From positions 34,623-98,622 of IMG/VR virus record IMGVR_UViG_3300023174_000100: a DNA stretch of 64,000 bases; one strand, given 5' to 3'. The DNA is from a virus. Positions 40,747-51,027 of the stretch are shown piece after piece. A program made the position numbers and the translations under genes. Positions within the stretch are counted from its first letter, which is position 1. Each line of letters starts with the position of its first letter. The notes under the pieces are model-generated. The model searched no databases, was not told where the DNA came from, and was given only the letters and a program-made list of their open reading frames with translations.

Positions 40747-40970
40747 AACGGAAGCCTCCGGACGGAAACGGACGGAGGCTCTCTCTTATTCAATGGAACG
40801 TAGCTAGAGAGGGCTAGCGTATTTCAATTGGGCTGACTAACAGGAAGCCCGAGTAATTTTTTTGCGGATCAAATATGATGCTTTTGGTAAAATAATTGCC
40901 AAAATATTAGGAATATAGCTTAACTGGTTGTATCTTCGAGTCATAATTAATTACTTAAACTTTTTCACTT

Positions 40971-41255
40971 ATGAGGAATTCTGTTTTTTTTAATTTACCT
41001 TATTATCTTGAGGTTGAAGGCAAAAGCGCCCTATTTACTGAATGCGTATATAACGGCATTCACATTATCGAGAATGATGGAGTATTTATTTCTCAAATTT
41101 TGGCAAACCGCCAAAAATGGATGAAAGCCACAAAAAGATTCGATGTTGCTGAAAGACGTTACCTCGCACACCCGGATCGTTTTCACAAGGACTGGCCTAT
41201 ATTCATTACCTCTGTAGAGGATAAACAAGTATTTGTCCTAAACCTTAACAAGTAA
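40971..41255 (+). CDS. Cassette hypothetical protein
   Basis: Promoter and leader. Confidence 0.7.
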   Translation: MRNSVFFNLPYYLEVEGKSALFTECVYNGIHIIENDGVFISQILANRQKWMKATKRFDVAERRYLAHPDRFHKDWPIFITSVEDKQVFVLNLNK

Positions 41256-41315
41256 ATCTAACAAGCCCCGCGGTGACAGAGCGGGGCTATTTTTAACCAC
41301 TTAAATCTAAACAAA

Positions 41316-41459
41316 ATGACATTCACAAATTTTGAAGAGTTCCTAGGCATAAACCTAGACTTAGGAATCTTAGAGCAATGGTCAAACGACCTAGAGTTAA
41401 ACGAACTCCTATCAGAGATTGAGGACGAAATAGAAGAAGACGAAGAGGAAGAAGAGTAG
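41316..41459 (+). CDS. 47-aa very acidic peptide
   Basis: MTFTNFEEFLGINLDLGILEQWSNDLELNELLSEIEDEIEEDEEEEE; leader motif. Confidence 0.65.
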   Translation: MTFTNFEEFLGINLDLGILEQWSNDLELNELLSEIEDEIEEDEEEEE

Positions 41460-41706
41460 AACGGAAGCCTCCGGACGGAAACGGACGGAGGCTCTCTCTT
41501 ATTCAATGGAACGTAGCCGGAGAGGTCTAGCGTATTTCAATTGGGCTGACTAACAGGAAGCCCGAGTAATTTTTTTGCGGATCAAATATGGTGTTTTTAG
41601 CAAAATAATTAGGTAAAAGTTATGATTATACAGTTTTGCGTCGTATATTTGTAGGGCAATCGCAAGGAAGCGAGAGCAATTATGTATCACTTATAAAACA
41701 AACAAA

Positions 41707-41952
41707 ATGAGTAAGAGATTTCAAGTTAGCTACACGGGTAATGATCTACAGTTTAAGGGGTGTAAATCTATTGAATACGCCGAAACAAAGGCGGATGCAA
41801 TTTTATCGGTTTTTAAGCGTTGGCTTAATCATGATTACTTTCCTCAAGAAGATGGAAGTATTTTTGACTCATCTAATAACCTGCTTTACTCAAGAGGTGA
41901 TGATGTTATTTATTATGATGGTGGATATTTTATTGCCGAAGAGTTAGATTAG
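41707..41952 (+). CDS. Cassette hypothetical protein (copy 1)
   Basis: Identical to 42873-43118. Confidence 0.75.
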   Translation: MSKRFQVSYTGNDLQFKGCKSIEYAETKADAILSVFKRWLNHDYFPQEDGSIFDSSNNLLYSRGDDVIYYDGGYFIAEELD

Positions 41953-42007
41953 TCACCTTATAAGGCAGCCCCTAGCTGCCCTACTTTTTTAAAACACTCA
42001 AACAGAA

Positions 42008-42040
42008 AGCCCCGGACCGGAAACGGTTCGGGGTTTTTTT
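42008..42040 (+). terminator. Cassette terminator (related copies at 42636, 43174, 44831)
   Basis: CCCCGGACCGGAAACGGTTCGGGG plus T run. Confidence 0.85.
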
Positions 42041-42222
42041 ATGCCCAAACGGAAGCGAACGGAAGCGAACGAATTTTGCTAGGGCTGACTAACAGGAAGC
42101 CCGAGTAAATTTTTTGCGGATCAAATATCGTATTTTTAGCAAAATAATTGCCAAAATATTAGGAATATATAGTTTTATGTTGTATTTTTGAGTCATTGTT
42201 AATCACTTAAATATTTTCCGTT

Positions 42223-42627
42223 ATGAAAATCACATTTGAAATTTCTCAATCAATTGCAGACCTATTAGAGTATTGCCAATCTGACAAATACTCTGATTTT
42301 GAAATGGCACACGATGAAAATGGCGTGCCTTACAGAAACAAAGCTAGAATGGTAGACTTAGAGTTTACCAACTCTTATGCGGAGATAATCTGGAAAGAGG
42401 GCTACATGCTAATCTACACGGCGTGGAGCCAGTTCACCTACGAAATTGAGGAAAGAGACGGTAAAACATACTGCACCTATAATGGCGCGGTTAAGGGGTT
42501 CCTAAAGCAGGCTTTAATCCCTCACATTACCCCAGCTCCAGGTATTAACATTCATGATTGCATGTGCCACTCCTCTACTCACGGTACACTTCTATTCGAA
42601 GAATACTTACTCGCTAGAGGATTATAA
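42223..42627 (+). CDS. Cassette hypothetical protein
   Basis: Promoter, leader and terminator. Confidence 0.75.
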   Translation: MKITFEISQSIADLLEYCQSDKYSDFEMAHDENGVPYRNKARMVDLEFTNSYAEIIWKEGYMLIYTAWSQFTYEIEERDGKTYCTYNGAVKGFLKQALIPHITPAPGINIHDCMCHSSTHGTLLFEEYLLARGL

Positions 42628-42872
42628 TTGAAACTACCCCGGACCGGAAACGGTCCGGGGTTTTTTTATGCCCAAACGGAACCGAACGGAAGCGAACGAA
42701 TTTTGCTAGGGCTGACTAACAGGAAGCCCGAGTAATTTTTTTGCGGATCAAATATGGTGTTTTTAGCAAAATAATTAGGTAAAAGTTATGATTATACAGT
42801 TTTGCGTCGTATATTTGTAGGGCAATCGCAAGGAAGCGAGAGCAATTATGTATCACTTATAAAACAAACAAA

Positions 42873-43118
42873 ATGAGTAAGAGATTTCAAGTTAGCTACA
42901 CGGGTAATGATCTACAGTTTAAGGGGTGTAAATCTATTGAATACGCCGAAACAAAGGCGGATGCAATTTTATCGGTTTTTAAGCGTTGGCTTAATCATGA
43001 TTACTTTCCTCAAGAAGATGGAAGTATTTTTGACTCATCTAATAACCTGCTTTACTCAAGAGGTGATGATGTTATTTATTATGATGGTGGATATTTTATT
43101 GCCGAAGAGTTAGATTAG
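42873..43118 (+). CDS. Cassette hypothetical protein (copy 2)
   Basis: Identical to 41707-41952. Confidence 0.75.
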   Translation: MSKRFQVSYTGNDLQFKGCKSIEYAETKADAILSVFKRWLNHDYFPQEDGSIFDSSNNLLYSRGDDVIYYDGGYFIAEELD

Positions 43119-43388
43119 TCACCTTATAAGGCAGCCCCTAGCTGCCCTACTTTTTTAAAACACTCAAACAGAAAGCCCCGGACCGGAAACGGTTCGGGGT
43201 TTTTTTATGCCCAAACGGAAGCGAACGGAAGCGAACGAATTTTGCTAGGGCTGACTAACAGGAAGCCCGAGTAAATTTTTTGCGGATCAAATATCGTATT
43301 TTTAGCAAAATAATTGCCAAAATATTAGGAATATATAGTTTTATGTTGTATTTTTGAGTCATTGTTAATCACTTAAATTTTTACTACT

Positions 43389-43634
43389 ATGTCATCATTA
43401 ATTGTAAGTCAAGTATTGACTAATTTAATCATTTCAACAATGGTTGAACAAAAGTACTTTGGTTCTAAAAAATCACAGGAAAAGTACTTAGAATCTATGT
43501 TAAAAATAAGAGAGGGATTTTACAGATTAAAAGGTAATTTTCCAAATGAAGTTGAAAACATTGATGTACAGTCAACAGAAAGGCTATTGAACACGGCTGT
43601 AGAATTTATTCAGGATTGCTTAAAAGAAGCCTAA
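43389..43634 (+). CDS. Cassette hypothetical protein
   Basis: Promoter and leader. Confidence 0.7.
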   Translation: MSSLIVSQVLTNLIISTMVEQKYFGSKKSQEKYLESMLKIREGFYRLKGNFPNEVENIDVQSTERLLNTAVEFIQDCLKEA

Positions 43635-43692
43635 AAACAACAGCCCCGCGGTGACAGAGCGGGGCTATTTTTAACCACTTAAACAAAAAATT

Positions 43693-43824
43693 ATGTCAAA
43701 AACTCAAAAAATCCTAATAGACATCAAAAATAATTATATAGAAATTATTTGCATGTCTTTTTATGTAGGAATGTTATTAATGATTTTGTTAGTAATCATA
43801 GGCACTATAATCAAAAACATTTAG
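43693..43824 (+). CDS. 43-aa membrane peptide
   Basis: Same leader as 40621; one TM segment. Confidence 0.55.
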   Translation: MSKTQKILIDIKNNYIEIICMSFYVGMLLMILLVIIGTIIKNI

Positions 43825-43914
43825 AACGGACGAACCCCGGCTTAGAACGGTCGGGGTTCATCTTATCATTAGAACGCATTACATTTTATCATATCACATT
43901 TCAAACACATTAAC

Positions 43915-44184
43915 ATGAATAGTCTATCATCTCTTTTGAATAATGATGCAATCCAATTTGGAACGCATGTAATGAGATTTTTATCCATTGATGCAGTTCC
44001 TCATGATTGGGCATTCTGGATTAAATTATTATTGGTTATCATTGTCATTAATAACATTTGGGATATATGTAAGGAATTATTAAACATTATAAGTAAAGAT
44101 GATAGGATTGATTTAAAATGTATATTCAATGATTTAGTTTGGATTTATATAGCATTAGTTTGCATGAAGTATTGGTTTTTATAG
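43915..44184 (+). CDS. Small membrane protein
   Basis: Two hydrophobic segments; lies in a compositionally skewed tract. Confidence 0.45.
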   Translation: MNSLSSLLNNDAIQFGTHVMRFLSIDAVPHDWAFWIKLLLVIIVINNIWDICKELLNIISKDDRIDLKCIFNDLVWIYIALVCMKYWFL

Positions 44185-44390
44185 ATGATGATAGATGTAG
44201 TTTACGGCTGGGATTGGTTTATGATTAATCCCCGCCAAATTTTGCTAGGGCTGACTAACAGAAAGCCCGAGTAATTTTTTTGCGGATCAAATATGGTGTT
44301 TTTAGCAAAATAATTAGGTAAAAGTTATGATTATATAGTTTTATGTTGTATTTTTGAGTCATTAATTAATCACTTAAATACTTTATCCTT

Positions 44391-44822
44391 ATGGAAAACA
44401 ATCAGAATTATGTGGCGACAATATTCAATGCCATGTTCCCAATTTTAAACACTGCTCAAGTCTATGTTGGATTTGGAGTTGGGCAGGAAGATACAAAATT
44501 GGCATTCTATGAAGCGTTCCGGAAATGCCAAAAAGAATTACAGGACGGTACAGAAATTTCAATTGGTCCTGAATTTTTTATCCAAGAATTCAAAAATTGG
44601 GCAAAGAAATCAGAAGAGATAATTTTTATGTCTTTGTTATCTTATCACCCCGAAAAGTTTTTCCCTCAACAAATAGATGCACTACCTGAAGAATCTGAGT
44701 TTTGGGAGGGGATGTACCAAAAGGAACAATGGGAACAGTTCGACGAATCTCAACACCCCTTATTCGATATATGGGTACAAGAAATGCAGGACGTCACTCA
44801 AGAAATGTGGCAAGAGTTCTAA
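44391..44822 (+). CDS. Cassette hypothetical acidic protein
   Basis: Promoter, leader and terminator. Confidence 0.75.
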   Translation: MENNQNYVATIFNAMFPILNTAQVYVGFGVGQEDTKLAFYEAFRKCQKELQDGTEISIGPEFFIQEFKNWAKKSEEIIFMSLLSYHPEKFFPQQIDALPEESEFWEGMYQKEQWEQFDESQHPLFDIWVQEMQDVTQEMWQEF

Positions 44823-45052
44823 AACCAAACAGCCCCGGCCGAAAACGACCGGGGTTTTTTTATGCCCAAACGGAAGCGAACGGAAGCGAACGAATTTTGC
44901 TAGGGCTGACTAACAGGAAGCCCGAGCAAATTTTTTGCGGATCAATTTTAAAAAATATTGAAATTTATTTGCTAAAAGTTATGAAATATAAAAATCTTGT
45001 TGTATATTTGTAATGCAATCGCAATGAAGCGAGAGCATTAAAAAACAAAGTT

Positions 45053-45352
45053 ATGAAAAATTTAGAAAGTGTTGCAGTTGAATTAAAAGAGGTATTGGCT
45101 GCAAAATCAATTTTAGAAGCAAGGGAAAAAACGCTTCGCGCTGAAATCATTGAAGGTTTACAGTCCCAAAACTTAACTCTATTAAAAGTAGGTGGTTTTA
45201 CGGTATCGATTCGTAAAAATAAAGTTTGGACATATTCAAAATGGGTTCGTACCTTAGAAAAAATGCTCAAAACGCGCAAAGATAACGAACAAAAAAACGG
45301 TATCGCTACATTCGAGGAAAATCCAACATGGCAATTCCTAAGCGCAAAGTAA
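45053..45352 (+). CDS. Coiled-coil hypothetical protein, paralog of 61130-61459
   Basis: Shared K..W/YTYSK.....E..LK.....E...G.AT motif. Confidence 0.7.
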   Translation: MKNLESVAVELKEVLAAKSILEAREKTLRAEIIEGLQSQNLTLLKVGGFTVSIRKNKVWTYSKWVRTLEKMLKTRKDNEQKNGIATFEENPTWQFLSAK

Positions 45353-45417
45353 ACCAAAAAGGGTAGGCGAAAGCCTACCCTACTTTAACAAATTTTTAAC
45401 ACTTTAAATTATATATC

Positions 45418-45654
45418 ATGTTAGGCAAATTAATAATCATTAGCATTTATGTTTATGTATGCGTTCCACAGTCAAACGGAGGCAAAACGGAGTACTTAGA
45501 AAAAGTAGGTACGCGGTCATGGGAGATGCCTGGAACGTTCACCAAAACGGATTCTTTGATTAAAGAAACGGTTAAGTACTATGGAATTGACCTTGAGTAT
45601 AACAGTATCAAAGTCGACTTAAATACACTACGCATAAAATGTGAGTGCAACTAA
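45418..45654 (+). CDS. Hypothetical protein
   Basis: Leader; hydrophobic N-terminus. Confidence 0.55.
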   Translation: MLGKLIIISIYVYVCVPQSNGGKTEYLEKVGTRSWEMPGTFTKTDSLIKETVKYYGIDLEYNSIKVDLNTLRIKCECN

Positions 45655-45865
45655 GGAAACTTAAGGACCCTTGTCAGAGCGAATTTCGCTCCGGCAAGGC
45701 TCCGCCTTGCCTGAGTAAATTTTTGCAGCGGCGGATCTTAACATTTCTTTAACTAAAATAGCAAAAATATTAACACTTATTAACTACTACTTATTACTTT
45801 TTTGTTTATCTTTGTAATGCAATCAAAAGCAATTAATTAATCACTTAAACGTAAAAACAAGTACC

Positions 45866-46063
45866 ATGAAAAGCACCATTTTAGAATCGAACGGTATCAG
45901 AATCATTTTCTCAGCTTCTGTACTAGGAAAAAAAGTTAGAGTAACCCAGAACGGTAGGGACATAGATACCGTGGTGAACTTTGCTTCCTTCAAGAGGTGG
46001 GCTAAGGATGTTCTAACAGAAGGTCAGCTAAGAGTCGCAAAGTCTCAATACAACCGATTGTAG
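45866..46063 (+). CDS. Cassette hypothetical protein
   Basis: TATCTTTG promoter and leader. Confidence 0.7.
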   Translation: MKSTILESNGIRIIFSASVLGKKVRVTQNGRDIDTVVNFASFKRWAKDVLTEGQLRVAKSQYNRL

Positions 46064-46338
46064 AACGGAAATTCGGGGTTGAGTTACGGCTCAACCCCTC
46101 AAATAATAGCTACCTATAAATCCTGGATTTTGTCCGAATCAATCCGCTAGCGAATTTCGCTCCGGCAAGGCTCCGCCTTGCCTGAGTAAATTTTTGCAGG
46201 GGCGGATTTTAACATTTCTTTAACTAAAATAGCGAAAATATTAACACTTATTAACTACTACTTATTATTAAAATTTAAAAAATAGTATTATCTTTGTAAT
46301 GCAGTCGCAATGAAGCGAAGGCGTTAAATAAACAAGTT

Positions 46339-46515
46339 ATGTACCTATTCATTTTAATTTTCTTTTTAGGCTGTTGGTTTCCGATTAGTTTATACGCTAT
46401 GATTTTAAATAGCGAAGCCGACGGCGATACAGTAAAACAGACGTTAACAAAATTTTTTATTGGTTCGTCCTTATGGATATTGCTAATTGTATTATTTGCA
46501 GTACTGATAATTTAA
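46339..46515 (+). CDS. 58-aa two-TM protein
   Basis: Not in the ORF track; TATCTTTG promoter, AAACAAGTTATG start. Confidence 0.55.
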   Translation: MYLFILIFFLGCWFPISLYAMILNSEADGDTVKQTLTKFFIGSSLWILLIVLFAVLII

Positions 46516-46601
46516 CAAAACGTTAACACCGAGGGTATTGCATAATACATTCAATACCCTTATCTTTGCTTTATAATTTTTAAACCACAAAAAACTTAAA
46601 A

Positions 46602-46838
46602 ATGGTTACTTTAAAAGAAAAAAAAGGCGCTTTAAAAACTCTTCAATCGGCTATTAAAAAGGCAATTTCAGAAAACGGTAATTTAGATTTTACCGATTTT
46701 ATAGATGTAGCCTATGAATTGGATAACGAAATTAATAGGTTTGAAAACCAATTTAAAATACAAAAGCCCATAAGGCCGATACCTGTTGGAAACGGACCTT
46801 CAAAGGGACAACCTGGGATATATCTTTTAGCTCACTAA
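46602..46838 (+). CDS. Cassette hypothetical protein
   Basis: Type C promoter. Confidence 0.7.
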   Translation: MVTLKEKKGALKTLQSAIKKAISENGNLDFTDFIDVAYELDNEINRFENQFKIQKPIRPIPVGNGPSKGQPGIYLLAH

Positions 46839-47073
46839 TAAATAAAGAAACCCACCAAACGGAACGGTTTGGTGGGCATTCTTATGCTAGCGAATTTCGC
46901 TCAGGCAAAGCGGAGCCTTGCCTGAGTAAATTTTTGCAGGGGCGGATTTTAACATTTCTTTAACTAAAATAGGGAAAACATTAACACTTTTTTAACTAAA
47001 CCTATTATTAAAATTTAAAAAATAGTATTATCTTTGTAATGCAATTAATTAATCACTTAAACAAAAACAGGTT

Positions 47074-47793
47074 ATGAAAATTTTAGGTTTTAATTTTATT
47101 TTAGGTCAAACGGTACATTCTATAGACCTTAAATTATCCGCTACAAAAAAACTTGGTGGTCGTTTTGTTGTACAAACGTATCACTATGATTTGCAGCAAG
47201 TTATAAACAATGACTTTACTCAAGATAAAGAAAATTGTTTAGATTGTCCTTTTAGCTACAATAAAAATAACGGTAAAAGCGGGGGCTGTTATACGCATAA
47301 AGGTAATATGCTAAAAGGATTAAAATCTAAATTACGCTCTCTTAATAGAAAGTATAAATTAGGTTTATTAGCTACAGATTATAGCGACGTACTGCCTTTA
47401 TTAAACAAATATTTAGATAAATTGACTGCCAAAAATATAAATATTTCATTAGTACGGTTCGGTTCTTATGGTGAGGCGGTTACCCTGCCTTTAGACCTGT
47501 TAGACGGTTTATCTAAATTAGCAAAGCGTAAAACGGGTTATACGCACCAATGGAACAAACCGGAATTTAAGGAATACGCTAAATTATTAATGGCTTCGAC
47601 GCACAATATTTTTGAGGCAAAAATAGCCAATGATTTAGGTTTCAGGACATTCAATGTAGGTCTTTTAGAAAACAGTATTATGTGTCCGTCATCACCTACT
47701 ATAGAAAAGGATAAAAGGGTATCTTGCGCCAATTGTGGACTTTGTGCGGGAAATTCAATCAAAGCAAAGGATATTTATATTCCTAAACACTAA
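47074..47793 (+). CDS. Cys-rich putative Fe-S protein (Gp88-related), paralog of 51817
   Basis: CxDC...GGCY, R.G.YGE, GYTHQW, MAST, CP...CxxCGLC. Confidence 0.65.
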   Translation: MKILGFNFILGQTVHSIDLKLSATKKLGGRFVVQTYHYDLQQVINNDFTQDKENCLDCPFSYNKNNGKSGGCYTHKGNMLKGLKSKLRSLNRKYKLGLLATDYSDVLPLLNKYLDKLTAKNINISLVRFGSYGEAVTLPLDLLDGLSKLAKRKTGYTHQWNKPEFKEYAKLLMASTHNIFEAKIANDLGFRTFNVGLLENSIMCPSSPTIEKDKRVSCANCGLCAGNSIKAKDIYIPKH

Positions 47794-47875
47794 AAAATAT
47801 AGGGGAATGTTTGGATATTTCAAATATTCCCCTTATATTTGCAACATATTATTAATCACTTAAAATTATAAAGTT

Positions 47876-48106
47876 ATGGCAATCAACAGTAGGATATCTG
47901 CAAGCTCTCAAAACGACATAAACGAAGAGCTTATAATACTTGCAAAAGAAACGGTATCAGAACTTAAGGACTTCGACGGGTTCAACGGTATATCAAAAAA
48001 GGACTTAGAAAAATTTGTAAATTACATACTAACAATTTACGACGAAGACCCAAGCGACGACCAAATTTTTAATAACGGTAGATGCGAAGGAGGCATAAAC
48101 TACTAA
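47876..48106 (+). CDS. Cassette hypothetical protein
   Basis: Promoter and leader. Confidence 0.65.
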   Translation: MAINSRISASSQNDINEELIILAKETVSELKDFDGFNGISKKDLEKFVNYILTIYDEDPSDDQIFNNGRCEGGINY

Positions 48107-48127
48107 AAATATAATAACTTGTTTTTT

Positions 48128-48163
48128 AGCCCCGTCGGATTTAGTGTCCGTCGGGGATTTTTC
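48128..48163 (+). terminator. Terminator (near-identical copy at 49905)
   Basis: CCCCGTCGGA-TTTAGTG-TCCGTCGGGG plus T run. Confidence 0.7.
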
Positions 48164-48341
48164 ATGCCAGTGAATTTCGCTCAGGCAGGGCTTTGCCCTG
48201 CCTGAGTAAATTTTTGCAGGGGCGGATCTTAACATTTCTTTAACTAAAATAGGGAAAACATTAACATTCTCTTAACTACTAGGTATTGATTTTACCCTTA
48301 TCTTTGTATCATAATTTTAAACCACTTAATAAACAAGTCTT

Positions 48342-48836
48342 ATGAGTATTCTAAATTTCATCGAGGGCTTATCGCCTAGAAACACTTTTGCTGCTATCCA
48401 GTATGAGTCATCAGCAGAAAAGGTAGCAAAAAAGCTAACTTATGGTTGGTTGGCTGCTAATGGTATTTCTCGCGAAGAAGTGCGCTGCATTACTTTTCGT
48501 ACCTGCCAATTGGGTAGCACCTACAAAAAAAGATTAGAGAATAGAGAGGGCGAGGAAGTTGTAGTAAATCCAGGTTGGGCTAGAGCTTTGGATAACAAAG
48601 GTCATTTATTCGACAATCCAAAGAACCTAAAGAAATTTCTACGCATTTTCTTAATTCCAGGAAAACAAGTTAGATGGGGTTTTCCAGACGCAACAACAGA
48701 ACGGAATCGGTTAGCATTAGTTAAAAGAATGCAAGAAATAGAACCAGAAACGGAATCTAATGAGTTTGAATTGAGAATGATTGAGGTTGACTGCATTCAG
48801 AATCTAAAAGCAAAAGAAGTTTTTCAATTAGCGTAA
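48342..48836 (+). CDS. Cassette hypothetical protein
   Basis: Promoter and leader. Confidence 0.75.
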   Translation: MSILNFIEGLSPRNTFAAIQYESSAEKVAKKLTYGWLAANGISREEVRCITFRTCQLGSTYKKRLENREGEEVVVNPGWARALDNKGHLFDNPKNLKKFLRIFLIPGKQVRWGFPDATTERNRLALVKRMQEIEPETESNEFELRMIEVDCIQNLKAKEVFQLA

Positions 48837-48918
48837 AAAATGTGAGGGGAATGTTTGGAAATGTAAAATATTCCCCTTATCTTTGCCTTATATTAATCAC
48901 CACTTAAATAAAGTATCT

Positions 48919-49146
48919 ATGGGAACAAGACATAATTTTTATGGAATCTTAGATGATTCTATGAATGAATCACAATTAAGAGAGGAATTAAGCAAATGGA
49001 CAAGAGAAAGCTTAATTAGTTGGTTAAAATGGAATGACAGAAATGGAGTATATTATGATGAAGAAAGTATGTTAGAGTTTGGAAACATTCTCACGCATAA
49101 GGAAGCAATGGATATTATGATTAGTCAAATTATGGAAAACAGATAA
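48919..49146 (+). CDS. Hypothetical protein
   Basis: Start moved to the ATG after the CACCACTTAAA leader. Confidence 0.65.
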   Translation: MGTRHNFYGILDDSMNESQLREELSKWTRESLISWLKWNDRNGVYYDEESMLEFGNILTHKEAMDIMISQIMENR

Positions 49147-49188
49147 GTAGAATTTCAATATCTTAATCACCACTTAAATACTTAAAAA

Positions 49189-49581
49189 ATGAACAAAGAA
49201 GGTTTAAAAGTTTCGCTTACAAATGAATTGAGCGAAGAGATTTTTTTCAATGCTTTATGTAATTCATTGGATTATATGTGTAGTGGATATGGACTTGATT
49301 TAAAGTACAAACAATCTGACTACAATAATGCTAAGGCTAAATTGAGTAGTCCATGTTATGAAGATGTTTTAATGCAAATGTTAAGAGATGGAGTTAGAAT
49401 TGGATTGAAAGACCTTGAAGGTGGAATGGATACAGAATATATTACATTAGATACAGTACATGAAAGAGTTAAGAATGTTCCCTTAGACCATCTTTTAGAC
49501 ATGATAAATGATAATGATGATGCAGTTACTGGAGATGTTGTTTTACAGATTGTATTTTTAAATGAAATTATATATGGATAG
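49189..49581 (+). CDS. Hypothetical protein
   Basis: CACCACTTAAA leader. Confidence 0.75.
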   Translation: MNKEGLKVSLTNELSEEIFFNALCNSLDYMCSGYGLDLKYKQSDYNNAKAKLSSPCYEDVLMQMLRDGVRIGLKDLEGGMDTEYITLDTVHERVKNVPLDHLLDMINDNDDAVTGDVVLQIVFLNEIIYG

Positions 49582-49674
49582 GATTTAAAAAAGATGGGGG
49601 AATGTTTGGAAATGTAAATGTTCTCCCCATCTTTATATTATATTAATCCCCGCGAAAAACTTAAAAAAAGTAAA

Positions 49675-49884
49675 ATGAATAATAAACATATTTGGGAAGG
49701 TTGGACAGTTCAAGATTTTATAGATGAACTTGAGCCCACTTTTAATAGAATTATTAATAGTCATTCCTGGACAGCACCTTTTAAAAATGACAAAGAACTA
49801 AAGGAATGGCTTAAGGATAATCAACCGTATTACAAGAAAGATATCCCCGAAGTTTTTAATTATTTTAGAGCAAAGCTAAGGTAA
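49675..49884 (+). CDS. Hypothetical protein
   Basis: Start at MNNKHIWEGW after the promoter module. Confidence 0.65.
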   Translation: MNNKHIWEGWTVQDFIDELEPTFNRIINSHSWTAPFKNDKELKEWLKDNQPYYKKDIPEVFNYFRAKLR

Positions 49885-50212
49885 GAATACATGACTTGTT
49901 TTTTGCCCCGTCGGATTTAGTGTCCGTCGGGAATCTTCATGCCAGTGAATTTCGCTCAGGCAGGGCAAAGCCCTGCCTGAGTAATTTTTGCAGGACCAGG
50001 ATTTTAACATTTCCTTAACTAAAATAGGGAAAACATTAACACTCCCTTAACTACTAGGTATTGTTTTTATACTTATCTTTGTAGTGTTATAAAGAGAGAG
50101 GGTAATTAGAAAGGCAAAAAATAATTTAAAAAAAGTTTGCCTTAAATTTGGAAAATAGAAAATTACTCTTTATTTTTGCATCAGATTCTTAACCACTTTA
50201 AATTTTTAATGT

Positions 50213-50938
50213 ATGCTTTTCACAGAAGAAGTAAGCGCAAATCTAAGCGCAAAGTATGTAGCTATTAGCTCAAAGAAATTAATTAATGACCTTCAGTCTA
50301 ATGGTTTTGAGCTTTCGGGCTTTCAGACTAAAAAGAAAGGTGCTAAAAGTTCCGCGCACCTTATTAGAATGAGGTACAATAAGGAATTAATCTTAAATGG
50401 TGAAACCTTATATCCAGAGGTCGTTATCCGTAATTCTTTTGACGGAACGGTTGGGTTTGAATGTTCAATGGGGATATTTAGATTAGTATGCTCAAACGGA
50501 CTAACTGTATCGGATTCAAGATTTGAATCTAAGATTTTCAAAGTAAGGCATTTTGGAAAGAAGGCAATGGATATTTCAGAGAAAGTTATTTCAGGTGAGA
50601 TTGTAGCCAACTTTTTTGAATTGCTACCTAAACTCGAGGAATATGTATTGCAGCAAATGTCTGTAAACTTGACCGAAGAAAAGGCTATTGAATTCGCCAT
50701 GAAGGCTGCTGCTTTGCGTTTTAAGAGAGCCTTTACAGAAAATGAGGCTAAGGTATTACTTGCGTCAGAAAGGTTCGCAGATGATGAAAATACGCTTTGG
50801 GCAATTCAGAATCGCATTCAAGAAAAATTGATTAATGGGTTTGCAGGTAGAAGAAAATATTCTGCATTGAAAGACCCAAACAAGACTGCAATTATCAATG
50901 AGAGGTTAGCTAATCTTTCTATGGAGTTCGCAAATTAA
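50213..50938 (+). CDS. DUF932/DUF945-family protein
   Basis: NSFDG...G.FRLVCSNGL...RH. Confidence 0.8.
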   Translation: MLFTEEVSANLSAKYVAISSKKLINDLQSNGFELSGFQTKKKGAKSSAHLIRMRYNKELILNGETLYPEVVIRNSFDGTVGFECSMGIFRLVCSNGLTVSDSRFESKIFKVRHFGKKAMDISEKVISGEIVANFFELLPKLEEYVLQQMSVNLTEEKAIEFAMKAAALRFKRAFTENEAKVLLASERFADDENTLWAIQNRIQEKLINGFAGRRKYSALKDPNKTAIINERLANLSMEFAN

Positions 50939-51027
50939 TTTAAAAAAATGTGGGGGGAATGTTTGGAAATGTAAAATGTTCCTCCTATCTTTGTAAAATA
51001 TTAATCACCACTTTAAATTTTAAAATT

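Larger units (their letters stand above)
41543..43378 (+). repeat. ~670-bp direct duplication (41543-42212 = 42709-43378)
   Basis: Identical promoter, ORF, terminator and next repeat/promoter at offset 1166. Confidence 0.92.
39472..44943 (+). repeat. Cassette-boundary palindrome type A, 9 copies (39472, 40158, 40819, 41532, 42071, 42698, 43237, 44237, 44892)
   Basis: GAATTTTGCTAGGGC-TGACTAACAGGAA-GCCCGAGTAAATTTTTTGCGGATC; three copies have the left-arm variant GTATTTCAATYGGGC. Confidence 0.95.
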
